Part shown: positions 59,650-61,436 of the stretch, piece by piece | Layout: each line of letters begins with the position of its first letter | Numbering within the stretch: position 1 is the first letter of the stretch | From: Tubiluchus corallicola | Taxonomy: Eukaryota; Animalia; Priapulida | DNA length: 61,436 nucleotides | NCBI GenBank assembly: GCA_030141605.1 | Contig: JAQGDQ010001119.1 | Location: 1-61,436, forward strand | Direction: 5' to 3' | Program-made: the position numbers and the translations under genes | The notes under the pieces: generated by a model | What the model was told of the DNA's origin: nothing | The model's input: the letters and a program-made list of their open reading frames with translations, nothing else | Databases searched by the model: none

Positions 59650-61225
59650 CTGAAAAACAATTAAGCAAGATTGTAGTTTACAACACCAGTAGCAACTGGA
59701 AGACAATCAAGCAAGGTCGTAGTCTACAACACCAATAGCAACTGGAAAACAATCAAGCAAGATCGTAGTCTACAACACCAATAGCAACTGGAAAACAATC
59801 AAGCAAGATTGTAGTTTACAACACCAATAGCAACTGGAAAACAATCGAGCAAGAGTGTAGTTTACAATGCCAGTAGCAACAGGAAAACAATCAAGCAAGA
59901 GTGTAGTTTACAACACCAATAGCAACTGAAAAACAATTAAGCAAGATCGTAGTTTACAACGCCAGTAGCAACTGGAAAACAATCAAGCAAGATTGTAGTT
60001 TACAACACCAGTAGCAACTGGAAAACAATCAAGCAAGATTGTAGTTTACAACACCAGTAGCAACTGGAAAACAATTAAGCAAGATTGTAGTTTACAACGC
60101 CAATAGCAACTGGAAAACAATCAAGCAAGATCGTAGTTTACAACGCCAGTAGCAACTGGAAAACAATCAAGCAAGATTGTAGTTTACAACACCAGTAGCA
60201 ACTGGAAAACAATTAAGCAAGATTGTAGTTTACAACACCAATAGCAACTGGAAAACAATCAAGCAAGATTGTAGTTTACAATGCCAGTAGCAACTGGAAA
60301 ACAATCAAGCAAGATCGTAGTTTACAACGCCAGTAGCAACTGGAAAACAATCAAGCAAGATTGTAGTTTACAACACCAGTAGCAACTGGAAAACAATTAA
60401 GCAAGATTGTAGTTTACAACGCCAATAGCAACTGGAAAACGATCAAGCAAGATTGTAGTTTACAATGCCAGTAGCAAGTGGAAAACAATCACGCAAGATT
60501 GTAGTTTACAACGCCAATAGCAACTGGAAAACAATCAAGCAAGATTGTAGTTTACAACACCAATAGCAACAGGAAAACAATCAAGCAAGATTGTAGTTTA
60601 CAACACCAATAGCAACTGGAAAACAATCAAGCAAGATTGTAGTTTACAATGCTAATAGCAACTGGAAAACAATCAAGCAAGATTGTAGTTTACAATACCA
60701 ATAGCAACTGGAAAACAATCAAGCAAGATTGTAGTTTACAATGCCAGTAGCAACTGGAAAACAATCAAGCAAGATTGTAGTTTACAATGCCAATAGCAAC
60801 TGGAAAACAATCACGCAAGATTGTAGTTTACAATGCCAGTAGCAACTGGAAAACAATCAAGCAAGAGTGTAGTTTACAATGCCAATAGCAACTGGAAAAC
60901 AATCAAGCAAGATTGTAGTTTACAACACCAATAGCAACTGGAAAACAATCAAGCAAGATTGTAGTTTACAACACCAATAGTAACTGGAAAACAATCAAGC
61001 AAGATTGTAGTTTACAATGCCAATAGCAACTGGAAAACAATCAAGCAAGATTGTAGTTTACAACACCAATAGCAACAGGAAAGCAATCAAGCAAGATTGT
61101 AGTTTACAACTCCAATAGCAACAGGAAAGCAATCAAGCAAGATTGTAGTTTACAACACCAATAGCAACAGGAAAGCAATCAAGCAAGATTGTAGTTTACA
61201 ACACCAATAGCAACTGGAAAACAAT
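59641..61225 (-). repeat. 46-bp splice-acceptor minisatellite (mirror)
   Basis: Reverse complement of 212..1796, same length. Confidence 0.95.
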
Positions 61226-61436
61226 GATGAAAGTTTTATGAATGTAGTTCAACTAGTTTATCTGGTCAGAAGTTTTTCTAAGCCCATGATACTACGCTAA
61301 TACTTTTTCTATTAGGATAAAGCCATTCTTATTAGCGATTTTCTCGTGTGATTTTGAATTAATTTACTGTGATTTTTAATGTGATCTTTTAAGTGTCAAT
61401 CGGTTTTTCAAGTACAGCATCATTGACAATACGTCT

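Larger units (their letters stand above)
33870..61436 (-). repeat. Right arm of giant inverted repeat (palindrome)
   Basis: Mirror of 1..27585. The match begins at catcacagccatgtac (33870), inside the IR gene 33112..34494. Confidence 0.98.

Overview
AT-rich, intron-containing eukaryotic DNA, probably from a protostome invertebrate (species not identifiable from the sequence). The whole window is one giant palindrome: left arm 1..27585 is a near-identical reverse complement of right arm 33870..61436, with a ~6.3 kb spacer between them. Reading inward, each arm carries five patatin-domain exons of an iPLA2-beta (PLA2G6) gene and then a tandem array of intronless ~460-aa ionotropic-receptor (IR, variant iGluR) genes on the opposite strand. 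Right arm plus spacer is an uninterrupted run of five IR paralogs. The left arm is an inverted copy that starts mid-gene at a 4-bp GATG microhomology, giving 8 intact IR ORFs and one 5'-truncated copy. No terminal PLA2G6 exons were found after either copy. Two of the intronic minisatellites are ~35-fold amplified copies of the gene's own splice junctions (one acceptor, one donor), and a third is packed with GTAAGT motifs. Nested MITEs (pogo-like, hAT-like, piggyBac-like) and LINE remnants are also present. All comparisons were made by eye, and an assembly or amplification artefact for the palindrome cannot be excluded without reads.
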